Source of the DNA: an uncultured delta proteobacterium
GTDB lineage: Bacteria; Desulfobacterota; Desulfobacteria; Desulfobacterales; QNYZ01
Length of the DNA stretch: 64,000 nucleotides
Direction: 5' to 3'
Assembly: GCA_963845145.1 (NCBI GenBank)
Contig: CAWJQU010000008.1
Location: forward strand, 224,001 to 288,000
Part shown: positions 30,813 through 40,222 of the stretch, piece after piece
Position numbering within the stretch: the stretch's first letter is position 1
Layout of the letters: each line of letters starts with the position of its first letter
Position numbers and translations under genes: made by a program
Notes under the pieces: model-generated
Seen by the model: the letters and a program-made list of their open reading frames with translations, nothing else
Told to the model about the DNA's origin: nothing
The model's database searches: none

Positions 30813-30949
30813 CTTCTCGTAAAAAATAATGCCATTTAATATCAGACAATTAGCTAATTTCTAAATATCCGACTTGATTATTTGTGTACAAAAAGCGTCA
30901 GACAAGTTGACAAAAATTGAATTGGGTGGACTTCAAGTTCATCCCGAAC

Positions 30950-33346
30950 TCACGTATTGGATATTACTTTTCCAATCATGGATTTAGCCTCATCCAACAC
31001 CTTCCTGATCGTTTTTGTCAGATCCGCTTTCACAATGGGTTTGTGGATAAACGCTTTGATACCGATTTCCGATGCTTTTTCAACAGACATATTTTTACTG
31101 AAACCGGTGCACAGTATAATCGGTATTTCGGGCCGGATCTTCAGCAACTCGATGGCCAATATTTCTCCGGTCATTTTCGGCATGGCCATATCCGTAATCA
31201 CCAAATCAAATTCATCGGGCCGGGATCGAAATGTCTCCAGAGCGTCAATACTACTTGTCTCTGAAATTACATAATACCCGAGGTTTGATAGCATCCGACG
31301 GTTCACTTTGACAATTTGCTCCTCATCATCAACAAGTAGGATCCGTTCACTTCCCGCAGGTATGTCTCGCGCCACATATGGATTCGATTTTCTTCGCTTT
31401 TTAGTGATTGGCAGATAAATTGTAAAAGTGGTTCCCTCACCCAGGGTGCTTTCTACAGTGACTCTGCCCCCATAGCTTTCAACGATACTGTGAACAAGCG
31501 CGAGTCCCATACCGGTTCCTTCGCCCACACCTTTTGTTGTATAATACGGTTCAAATATCGCGCCGATAGCTTCAGGTGGAATGCCCACACCCGTATCCGA
31601 TATGGCTATTTCAACATAATCCCCGGTCGTTAAATCCAGCTTATTCAGATGTCCTTGTCTATCGATAACCACTTCCTTCAAATTTACCGAAAGGAGACCG
31701 CCTTTTGCTTCCATCGCATGCGCGGCATTAGTGCATAGATTCATCAGAATCTGATGAACCTGGGTGCCGTTACCCAAAATGAAGGAATCGCTCCTGATCT
31801 GTTTTTTGATCTCTACTGAGGCCGGAATGGAAGATCGAATAAACGCGAGCACCTCTTTGATGATGATATCAATTTGTATGGGCTTGACTTCTTCTTCAGA
31901 TTGTCTTGCAAATGTCAGAATCTGTTTAACCAAGTCTTTAGCCCGTTCACCGGCGGCATACACATCTTGCAGATAATCTTCTACGTTAGACCCCTCTTCA
32001 ACCTCATCGAGAGCCAATTCGGTAAACCCAATGACAGAAGAGAGGATATTATTAAAGTCATGGGCGATTCCTCCCGCCAGATTGCCGATGGATTCCATTT
32101 TTTGCGACTGCTGAAGGCGGGATTCTATTTTTTTCCTTTTGGTAATGTCGCGGGCAATAGCCGCAAAAAACCGATTTTCCATTAACATCCAAGTGGACAA
32201 CGAAAGTTCGAGCGGAAAGACAGTCTTATCTTTTCTTAAGCCTTCGAGTTCGATGGTTTTGCCGATAAGTTTTTTTTCACTGGTTGCGACTAGTCGCCGC
32301 ATGCCCTCTCTGTGGGCCTGACGATAATGATCGGGCATTAGCAGAGTAACTGGCTGACCAATAACCTCAGCGGCGCTAAAACCAAAAATCTTATGAGCAC
32401 CATCATTCCAGGTGGTGATGAAGCCGTTTTCATCGGTAACCACAATCCCGTCAGGAGCGGATTCAATCAGTGAGCGAAAACGTTTTTCACTATCGCGAAT
32501 GGCTTCCTCCGCCAGTTTACGCTCGTTGATGTCAATCAAAATGCCTTCATAGCGAAGAATTTTTCCATTTTCATCAAAAAAGGCCCGGCTGCTGCAGGAT
32601 ACCCATATGGGAGAGCCATCCTTGCGCTTGGCTCTAAACTCATAATTTTCTATGGTTCCTTTTTGTTGCAGGATTTGATGGTAATACGTCCTATCCCGAG
32701 GGTTCACATAATATTGTAATGCGATATCAGAGGTATTTGAAATGAGTTCTTCCGGTGATTCATATCCGATTATCTTCGCAAAAGCGGGGTTTACCGATAT
32801 AAATTCACCGCTGGGTGTGCTTTGGAAAAAACCTTCGATCGCATTCTCAAAAAGAGAGCGATATTTGATTTCACTTTCTCGTAAGGCCGTCTCCGCCAGC
32901 TTACGGTCCGATATATCTTGCCCCATTGTCAGTAGATAGCGCCCGCCACTCAACGTAACGATGACAACCGTCATTAAAACATTAGAAATTTCTCCCGATT
33001 TCCGACGAATAAGGACTTCACCCTGGGCAAACCCCTTATTGTTCATCGTTTCGATTAACTGTTCTCTTTGCTTCGGGTTAACCCAAAGATTGAGGTCATA
33101 AACTTCGCGACCTACCGCCTCTCCATGTGTATAGACAGTCAACTCTTGCCAGGCTTCGTTAACTTCAACCAGTCGGTTATCCTCAATCCTGGTCAATGCT
33201 ATAGCCGCAGGATTGTTATTGAAGATCGTTGAAAAACGCTCCTCGCTTTCCCGAAGTGCCTCTTCAGATTGTTTTAGTCCTCTTTCCGCTTCCTCCAATT
33301 CCTTAATGCGTTGTTCTAATTCTTCATAGGTAAACTTTTTAGTCAT
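30950..33346 (-). CDS. Hybrid sensor histidine kinase (3 PAS, HisKA, HATPase, REC)
   Basis: LAGGIAHDFNNIL, MNLCTNA, DTGVG, GTGMGL and LVITDMAMP motifs. Confidence 0.95.
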   Translation of the reverse strand: MTKKFTYEELEQRIKELEEAERGLKQSEEALRESEERFSTIFNNNPAAIALTRIEDNRLVEVNEAWQELTVYTHGEAVGREVYDLNLWVNPKQREQLIETMNNKGFAQGEVLIRRKSGEISNVLMTVVIVTLSGGRYLLTMGQDISDRKLAETALRESEIKYRSLFENAIEGFFQSTPSGEFISVNPAFAKIIGYESPEELISNTSDIALQYYVNPRDRTYYHQILQQKGTIENYEFRAKRKDGSPIWVSCSSRAFFDENGKILRYEGILIDINERKLAEEAIRDSEKRFRSLIESAPDGIVVTDENGFITTWNDGAHKIFGFSAAEVIGQPVTLLMPDHYRQAHREGMRRLVATSEKKLIGKTIELEGLRKDKTVFPLELSLSTWMLMENRFFAAIARDITKRKKIESRLQQSQKMESIGNLAGGIAHDFNNILSSVIGFTELALDEVEEGSNVEDYLQDVYAAGERAKDLVKQILTFARQSEEEVKPIQIDIIIKEVLAFIRSSIPASVEIKKQIRSDSFILGNGTQVHQILMNLCTNAAHAMEAKGGLLSVNLKEVVIDRQGHLNKLDLTTGDYVEIAISDTGVGIPPEAIGAIFEPYYTTKGVGEGTGMGLALVHSIVESYGGRVTVESTLGEGTTFTIYLPITKKRRKSNPYVARDIPAGSERILLVDDEEQIVKVNRRMLSNLGYYVISETSSIDALETFRSRPDEFDLVITDMAMPKMTGEILAIELLKIRPEIPIILCTGFSKNMSVEKASEIGIKAFIHKPIVKADLTKTIRKVLDEAKSMIGKVISNT

Positions 33347-33752
33347 CTACACCACCTGTGTGTTCATGATTGGTTGTCCATCCGATATGCGTTATTATCG
33401 TTAAACCATATCAGATTATAATCTAAACAAATGACAGTTATTTTCGCGGCAAACCAATGGAAGGATCATTTAATCGTGTGAAGTGGGCAAACCCGAATCT
33501 GAAGTAGAATGTAAATGTCGTTAAGTATTATCAGGAATTGACAAATACCTCAAGACGCTGCATGTCAGGTTTACGAATATCGAGAATTGGCAGTATGTTA
33601 TAGAAGAGGTTTCAACGAGGCCTTAATGCTGTTTATTTAATGCTTAGCGTTTATGAAACGGCAGGATCAAAACCGGACATATATCTTGACAAACTTGTGA
33701 TAATGGATGCGTTTTTTTGTAGCAGGTTCGACGCCTTCGATATCAACCAAGA

Positions 33753-35225
33753 CTACAATATCGCCGCTTCAAAGCCCGAAACATTGTCATCCAAGTCAGG
33801 ATAATGGACCCGTTTCTTGGCGGCCGCATCGACCACTTTTTCCCATTTCATGTAAGCATCAACATTTTTTAAGGTGTGGTCGGCGCTTTTAGGGTTACCC
33901 TTTTCGGCGATTTCGCGAATGCCGTCAAAGGCTTGGTCATCTGCAGGGAAGTAGAGGGGGAAAACACCATGAGCGAATTTTCTTTCTCGAAATCGTTTTT
34001 CGGCCACCCTTTCAGCCCGACAGTCTTCGGTAAATTTTTCAAGACTGAAAAAATTGAGACTGCCCAGCGCTCCCATGGCGTGCCGTACGATATGAACCCC
34101 ATACTTTCGTAAAATATCACGGCTCAATTCAGACTCATCGATAGCGGCCCGGCTCACCTCGGTGAGACTGGTACTGCCCCCCGACTGGGCCGTAGGAAAT
34201 CCGGTGACCCAAAGATTGACCCGCGCCATAGCGGCATTTAAAAGCGGTTGCGATGGTGAGCTGTAGGACAGGTCCCCATCAGGGCCCACCACATCCGGAA
34301 TACCGCCGTGAACGCAAGAAATTCCCGGGGATAGGGTTTGGGCCAATACCATCATAAACAATACTTGGGCGTGAATCTGGGTCAGCAAAGCTTCAGGACT
34401 CACCGGACCGGAAACCCCGGCGATAGTGAGATCAAGCAAGAGCAAATTGTTTCCGAGGCGAACACTGCGCAGGAATGGATCGACCATGCTCTTCATTACT
34501 CCCAAAGCGGTGACCAGGCTGGTTCCGTCAAGCCAGTCATCTTTTCCTTTCAAAAAGCGCGCCTCGTCATCGGTCATATAACAAGTAGCCGTCATTTTAA
34601 GGCCGCTGAACTCCCTATCCATCAATCGGGCAACTTCTCCGCCGGAAACACTTCTGTCAGTGGCAACGGGCAGGCTGAAGATTTTAACCACATCCTCATA
34701 GTTAGCGGCTTCTTTTACGATCTGTTCAAATTCATGCCGATTGGCCGGACGCAAGTCATCATTTTCAGGTCGTTTTAGAAAAGGGGGAGTGGCACCAGTG
34801 CCAAACGCGTTTGGACCGGGATCGGTCCTCATTTTTCGAGGCGCTTTATCAAGGCAGCGGTCGATGTAATCGGCTTTAATGGGAATAAAAATCGCGGACT
34901 CATTGTCAAAATCAACGGCATCCGCAGCAAGGAGTAAATCCATCAATTGGGGATTTTGGGCAACATCCACACCGATTTCGGAGAGTACCCGTTTGCCGTT
35001 ACGGTGAATCCGCTCGTAGATTCGCTTTTCCGCGATCAGGCCATCTATTTCGGCCAGACGCTCTCGGACGCGATTTAAAAGGGCGGCCCCTTTTAAATCC
35101 TTCGCCAACGCCAGATACATTTCTTTGGCACGCTCAAAATTAAAGCGGGCCTCCTGGCCGAGGGCCCCATTAAATAAGTCATGGGCCTTGACTTCAAATG
35201 AAGACCGATCCTTGGATCCTGCCAT
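33753..35225 (-). CDS. Divergent MttB-superfamily (trimethylamine/glycine betaine) methyltransferase, non-pyrrolysine
   Basis: Resemblance in RVLSEIGV, FGTGATPPF, GVSGPVS, LAQTLSPG..VHGG and GDLSYSSP; no in-frame TAG; betaine gene context. Confidence 0.6.
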   Translation of the reverse strand: MAGSKDRSSFEVKAHDLFNGALGQEARFNFERAKEMYLALAKDLKGAALLNRVRERLAEIDGLIAEKRIYERIHRNGKRVLSEIGVDVAQNPQLMDLLLAADAVDFDNESAIFIPIKADYIDRCLDKAPRKMRTDPGPNAFGTGATPPFLKRPENDDLRPANRHEFEQIVKEAANYEDVVKIFSLPVATDRSVSGGEVARLMDREFSGLKMTATCYMTDDEARFLKGKDDWLDGTSLVTALGVMKSMVDPFLRSVRLGNNLLLLDLTIAGVSGPVSPEALLTQIHAQVLFMMVLAQTLSPGISCVHGGIPDVVGPDGDLSYSSPSQPLLNAAMARVNLWVTGFPTAQSGGSTSLTEVSRAAIDESELSRDILRKYGVHIVRHAMGALGSLNFFSLEKFTEDCRAERVAEKRFRERKFAHGVFPLYFPADDQAFDGIREIAEKGNPKSADHTLKNVDAYMKWEKVVDAAAKKRVHYPDLDDNVSGFEAAIL

Positions 35226-35244
35226 TTAATCTATCCTTTAGGTT

Positions 35245-35691
35245 TTATTCCCAACCCCTTTCAAAACGGGGCAGGTCGTCTGTTATTTCATAATAATCGC
35301 TTTGCTGGCTCAACCAGATATGCCCCATGGTTCTTAGTCCGGTCGGTTCATCCAGAGACCCGGCCGCAACGGCGATATATTTCCGGCCCTTGGGATGCCA
35401 GAATATGGACGACCCGCATTGGTGGCAAAACCCGCGATGAACATCGGGGGTCTCGTCCGTCACAGAGCGGTACCATCTTAAACCGGACTCCTTGGTCAAT
35501 CGCAGGGCTTCATAGGCAATACTAGTATAGGCCCCGAAATTACCGTGAAACCGACGACATTTGGAACAATGACAATTAACGATTTTCCTGAGCGATCCGT
35601 TGATTTCATAGCGCACCTCGCCGCAGAGACAGCCTCCGGTTACCTTGGCTTCGGCATTGTTTAGATCGTTCATTCTCTCTTCTCCTCGCAT
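35245..35691 (-). CDS. GFA/CENP-V family zinc protein
   Basis: GGCLCGEVRY, CHCSKCRR and RGFCHQCGS motifs. Confidence 0.9.
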   Translation of the reverse strand: MRGEERMNDLNNAEAKVTGGCLCGEVRYEINGSLRKIVNCHCSKCRRFHGNFGAYTSIAYEALRLTKESGLRWYRSVTDETPDVHRGFCHQCGSSIFWHPKGRKYIAVAAGSLDEPTGLRTMGHIWLSQQSDYYEITDDLPRFERGWE

Positions 35692-35709
35692 TGATGCGAT
35701 TGATTAGGA

Positions 35710-36666
35710 TTACAATCGTTTTTTAAGAACTTCCGTTAGCATGGGAACCACTTCGAACATATCCCCGACAATCCCATAATCGCATTTTTGGAAAATGGGT
35801 GCATCCTTATCGGAATTGATGGCCACGATCACCTTGGATGTTTTCATACCGGCGAAATGTTGCACGGATCCGGAAAGGCCGCAACCGATATACAACCGCG
35901 GGCTAACCGTTTTACCGGTCTGGCCCACCTGCATGCCGTGTGGTGCAAAACCGGCATCCACTGCTGCCCGGGATGCACCGACCGCGGCCCCAATCAGCCG
36001 GGCACACGCCTCAAGCATCCCATAATTTTCAGCCGATCCAATTGGCCGGCCGCCGGTGATTATGACCTCCGCCTCCGTCAGGTCCACAGAGCCCGTGTCT
36101 CCTTTTTTCTCTTCAACAATCTTGATGCTTGGAAAAGAATCGATCTGAACACTCACGGTTTCTTCCAGAAGATCACCCGGCGCTTCTTCGGCTTCGATGG
36201 CATTGGGCCGAATCGTACAGAGCCAAAATTTTCCATCAACCTTGATGGTCGCGATGGTTTTACCGGAAAAATGGGATTTTTGCGCCGTTTGATTGGCAAA
36301 ATCGATACCGAAACAATCTGAAACCAGGGGGATTTGCATGATAGCCGCCACCCGCGCAAAGAGATCTCTGCCGGTGGCGCTTGCCAAACCAAACATTCCG
36401 TCCAATTCCAGTTCACCGGCGATAGCCACAAGTGCCTTGGCCTGCAGATCCGGATTGAGTGAAAAATCGCCCTGCTTATTCGCCAAATAAACGATCTTAT
36501 TTACCCCATATGGTTGCAGCGCGCTTTTCCCCTCAATAACCTTTTCATCCATAATCAGGGCCACCACTTCATTCTCGCCGGAATGCCGTGCAGCCGCAAT
36601 GACCCCCAAATTGGTCTTTTTAATCTCACTGTTTTCCGATTCAATGACGACGCCGATCTTGGCCAT
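35710..36666 (-). CDS. etfA: Electron transfer flavoprotein alpha subunit
   Basis: GASRAAVDAG, QVGQTGKTVSP, GLSGSVQH and AINSDKDAPIF motifs. Confidence 0.95.
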   Translation of the reverse strand: MAKIGVVIESENSEIKKTNLGVIAAARHSGENEVVALIMDEKVIEGKSALQPYGVNKIVYLANKQGDFSLNPDLQAKALVAIAGELELDGMFGLASATGRDLFARVAAIMQIPLVSDCFGIDFANQTAQKSHFSGKTIATIKVDGKFWLCTIRPNAIEAEEAPGDLLEETVSVQIDSFPSIKIVEEKKGDTGSVDLTEAEVIITGGRPIGSAENYGMLEACARLIGAAVGASRAAVDAGFAPHGMQVGQTGKTVSPRLYIGCGLSGSVQHFAGMKTSKVIVAINSDKDAPIFQKCDYGIVGDMFEVVPMLTEVLKKRL

Positions 36667-36694
36667 TATGCATTACTCCTTTATATTTTTAGCA

Positions 36695-37468
36695 TTAAAG
36701 CACTTTTTCCTGATTTTTTAAAATATCGAATAGTTCGTCGACCTGATCGTTCAGTGACCCGCCCAGGATTTGCGCCGCCTTCCTCTCGGGAACGGATTCA
36801 AGACTGGCCAATGCAGACGCGTGAGAAGCTTGTTCCAAATCCAGATCGGTCAGCTCGATCGTTTTGATCTCCTTTTTTTTGGCTTTCATGATATCGGGAA
36901 ATTTAGGGTACCGAGGCTCGTTTAACCCCTTGGTGGCGCCAATAACTGCAGGCAGCCCCATTTCGATGACCTGGCGGGTGCCGCCGCCAATCTCTTTTTC
37001 AACCATGGCGCGACCATCGCCAATATCCAGCTTTACGACTTCATTGACCACCGGATATTCCAGCGCAGCGGCGAGGTGGTAAAGCGTCTGCACCCCTTCC
37101 GTATCCACGGCACTTTTGCCACCCAAAATAAGATCCGGTTGTCCGTCTGCCACGATAGCGGCTTTCAGGGCCATGGCCGTGGTGATGCTGTCTAAAAACT
37201 GTTGATCATGTTTCACCAGAATTGCCCGATGGGCCCCCATGGCCATAGCGCTTCGAATCGTGGTCACAGCCGCTTCCGGCCCGACCGTGACCGCCACAAT
37301 CTCCCCGCTGCCCTCTTTTTCAACCCATTGAGCGGCCGCTTCCAGAGCGTATTCATCATAGGGGTTGATGATAAAATTGCAGGCCGTGTCGTTAAACTCA
37401 GTCTCACCAACGAGTTTAATGGATACGGCTGTGTCGGGCACGTGTTTGACACAAACATAAATTTGCAT
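36695..37468 (-). CDS. etfB: Electron transfer flavoprotein beta subunit
   Basis: VCVKHVPD, INPYDEYALE, AMAMGA and NEPRYP motifs. Confidence 0.95.
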   Translation of the reverse strand: MQIYVCVKHVPDTAVSIKLVGETEFNDTACNFIINPYDEYALEAAAQWVEKEGSGEIVAVTVGPEAAVTTIRSAMAMGAHRAILVKHDQQFLDSITTAMALKAAIVADGQPDLILGGKSAVDTEGVQTLYHLAAALEYPVVNEVVKLDIGDGRAMVEKEIGGGTRQVIEMGLPAVIGATKGLNEPRYPKFPDIMKAKKKEIKTIELTDLDLEQASHASALASLESVPERKAAQILGGSLNDQVDELFDILKNQEKVL

Positions 37469-37477
37469 GAGGATTTC

Positions 37478-37519
37478 CTTTTGTTAACCCTTTCGACGCT
37501 TTTGTTAACCCTTTTGACG
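37478..37519. repeat. 21-bp tandem duplication immediately upstream of etfB
   Basis: CTTTTGTTAACCCTTTCGACG followed by CTTTTGTTAACCCTTTTGACG (20/21). Confidence 0.7.
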
Positions 37520-37548
37520 TATGTCTAAACAACGAAAAAACCGATACA

Positions 37549-39972
37549 TTACTCCTTCATTCGATCATTATTCGGATCGTACAACGGCATGTCGACAACT
37601 TTCGCTGCCAGCTTTTTTCCCAGCACTTCCACCTGAAGATCGATGCCGGCCAGGGCCAGCTCCTTCGGTACATAGCCCAGGGCAATGCTTCTTTCCAACC
37701 GATGGCCATATCCACCGGAGGACGTCATCCCGACGCGCTTATCGTCTTTAAATATCGGGTTATATCCCCAGGGATCGGCATATTCTGCATCCACCACCAG
37801 GCCCACCAATTTTTGGGTGATACCCGCGGCTTTGATCTTTTCGAGGGCCTCTTTGCCGATAAAATCCTTTTTCCATTTAACCACCCAGGCAATGTCGGTT
37901 TCAAGGGGGGTATGATGCCGATTCATCTCAGCTTTCCAGGCCAGATACCCTTTTTCCAACCGCATGGATTCCATGGCGTGCATGCCGACCATTTTAAGGT
38001 TGTATTCATCTTTAACGGACATCAAGGTGGTGTAAACGGCTATCTGGGATTCAATGGGATGAAAGATCTCATACCCCAATTCACCCAGGTAGTTCATTCG
38101 ATTGACGATACATTGAGTCCGCCCCACATAGAGTTTGCGGGTTGTAGCAAAGGGAAACACGTCTGCGGAAACATCGCCGTAGACGACTTTGCATAGGAGG
38201 TCACGGCTCTTGGGGCCCGCAATGACAAAGCACCCCATTTGATAGGTCAGGTCTTCCATTACCACCGAACCGTCTTCGGGCAGGTTCTGCAGCATCCAGT
38301 GTTGATCATGCCGTTTACCGACACTGGCCGTTACGCAAAAGTATTCCTTCTCGTTTAATTTGGTAACAGTCATGTCACTTTTAAAGGCACCGCTTGCATC
38401 CAGCATGGGTGCCAGAACAATGGGTCCCACGGCTTTGGGGATCTTCTGGCAAGTCATTTTGTTCAACCAGGCTTCGGCCCCTGGACCACTGATCTTGGTT
38501 TTCGCAAACCGGGTCAGGTCAACCAAGCCCACATGATTCATCACATGCCGGCACTCCTCACCGACATATTTAAAGGCATTGGTCCGTCGCCAGCTTGGGT
38601 TTTCATAGCTGTCGGTCACTTCGGAAGTGAAGTAGTTGGGGCATTCCCATCCGAAATAATCGCCGAATACCGCACCGGCCTGCTTTTGATATTCGTAAAT
38701 GGGGCTGGTGCGGTTGGGTCGAGCGGCATCCCGCCATTCGTTGCCATAGATAATGCTATACAATCGGGGGTAAGTGTCCTCGATTTTTTCATGGTTATAG
38801 GCCCAATTGGCATAAGAGCCATACCGGCGACTGTCCATGGGCCACAGATCGATCTCGGGTTCGCCGTTCATGATCCACCCGGCGATATAGTGTCCGATAC
38901 CCCCGGCCTGGGTGACGCCAAAGCTGTACCCACAAGCCAAAAAATAGTTTTTCAATGGATAGGCCGGCCCAACCAGCGGATTGCCGTTTGGTGTATAGGT
39001 GATCGGCCCCACGGTAACATGCTTAAAGCCCGTTTCGCCCATGATTGGAAAGCGGTCAATGCCGTTTTCGATAAAATCGGAGATATGGTCAATATCCGGT
39101 TGCAACTCGGACAGAGCATAATCCCAAGGCACACCATCGGGATACCATTGCTTTATTTTGCCTTCGTAAAGGCCTAAAATCAGGCTGTCCATCTCCTGAC
39201 GAATATAAATGGAACGGTCAGGGTCTCGGACCAGCGGTAAGAATTTTTCACGATCCGACACGGCGTCTATCGCCTCAAATAGGATATGGGAATGCTCCCC
39301 GGCGATGGAAGGTATCTCCAGCCCGGCCATGGCCGCCACCTGGGGTGCCCACAAACCGGCAGCATTCACAACCCATTCGCAGGTGATATCCCCTTTTTCG
39401 GTATGCACGATCCATTCATCGTTGGCCTGTTGGGTTAATCCCGTTACCCGGGTGTGTTGAACGATCTCAGCCCCCTTTTTTCTGGCGCCAATAGCCATGG
39501 CCTGGGTCACGCTACTGGGGTCCACATCTCCATCATCGGGCCAATAAAGACCGCTGGTTATACCATCGACATTCATCAGTGGATGAAGTGCCGCGATTTC
39601 TTCTGGGCTCACCCAGGATACATCCAGCCCCAGACACCGGTTCATGCTGTACATATAACCCAGTTCATCCATACGGCCATCGTTGTCCGCCGTCCGAATA
39701 GAGCCGGTGGTGTGCCATCCAGGCGATTGTCCGGTTTCAGCTTCAAGCTGTTTATATAGCTCGACGCTTTTCATATTGACCCGGGTACAATAATAATCGC
39801 CATGAAAAAATGAACAATTCCCGGCAGCCATCCAGGTCGATCCCGACGTCAGTTCATGCTTGTCAATCAGCATCACATCATCCCATCCATACTTAGCCAA
39901 ATGGTACAAGATGCTAGCGCCAATCACACCTCCGCCGATAATGACAACCCTTGCCTGTGTTTTCATGATCAT
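37549..39972 (-). CDS. Dimethylglycine/sarcosine dehydrogenase (FAD oxidoreductase plus GcvT folate-binding domain)
   Basis: IIGGGVIG, ELTSGSTWMAAG, GPITYTPNG, GELGYEI, SMRLEKGY and TSSGGYGH motifs. Confidence 0.9.
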   Translation of the reverse strand: MIMKTQARVVIIGGGVIGASILYHLAKYGWDDVMLIDKHELTSGSTWMAAGNCSFFHGDYYCTRVNMKSVELYKQLEAETGQSPGWHTTGSIRTADNDGRMDELGYMYSMNRCLGLDVSWVSPEEIAALHPLMNVDGITSGLYWPDDGDVDPSSVTQAMAIGARKKGAEIVQHTRVTGLTQQANDEWIVHTEKGDITCEWVVNAAGLWAPQVAAMAGLEIPSIAGEHSHILFEAIDAVSDREKFLPLVRDPDRSIYIRQEMDSLILGLYEGKIKQWYPDGVPWDYALSELQPDIDHISDFIENGIDRFPIMGETGFKHVTVGPITYTPNGNPLVGPAYPLKNYFLACGYSFGVTQAGGIGHYIAGWIMNGEPEIDLWPMDSRRYGSYANWAYNHEKIEDTYPRLYSIIYGNEWRDAARPNRTSPIYEYQKQAGAVFGDYFGWECPNYFTSEVTDSYENPSWRRTNAFKYVGEECRHVMNHVGLVDLTRFAKTKISGPGAEAWLNKMTCQKIPKAVGPIVLAPMLDASGAFKSDMTVTKLNEKEYFCVTASVGKRHDQHWMLQNLPEDGSVVMEDLTYQMGCFVIAGPKSRDLLCKVVYGDVSADVFPFATTRKLYVGRTQCIVNRMNYLGELGYEIFHPIESQIAVYTTLMSVKDEYNLKMVGMHAMESMRLEKGYLAWKAEMNRHHTPLETDIAWVVKWKKDFIGKEALEKIKAAGITQKLVGLVVDAEYADPWGYNPIFKDDKRVGMTSSGGYGHRLERSIALGYVPKELALAGIDLQVEVLGKKLAAKVVDMPLYDPNNDRMKE

Positions 39973-40060
39973 AGCCCCCTTAGGTTACCCGTTGTTAGCT
40001 TTATATAGCGTCCTTTCCAGGTTTGTATCACCATTTATACTCAGGAAAAAATAAAATTAT

Positions 40061-40109
40061 TTGTCTGATGATATGATTATCAGTTGACATAGTCGTGCCA
40101 TTATGTCAA
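40061..40109. promoter_or_regulatory. Divergent control region with inverted repeat TTGACATA-N10-TATGTCAA and a GTCTGATGA motif, candidate operator(s)
   Basis: Perfect 8-bp IR at 40084-40091/40102-40109 between the divergent dehydrogenase and BCCT genes. Confidence 0.4.
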
Positions 40110-40222
40110 GAAAAATGGCCGGTTGAGATTATTTTTTCCAGTGAACGCATCTCGAATCACATCAAGCCGGGGGCTACCATCTCAAACCACACATCAATAG
40201 CATTCGCGAAAGGGGGAGAAAG

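Noticed and set aside
33753..35225. Pyrrolysine-dependent trimethylamine methyltransferase
   Set aside because: No internal TAG; the ORF is continuous.
40090..40103. Sigma54 promoter (TGGCACG on the minus strand)
   Set aside because: The -12 element reads TC rather than GC at the required spacing.
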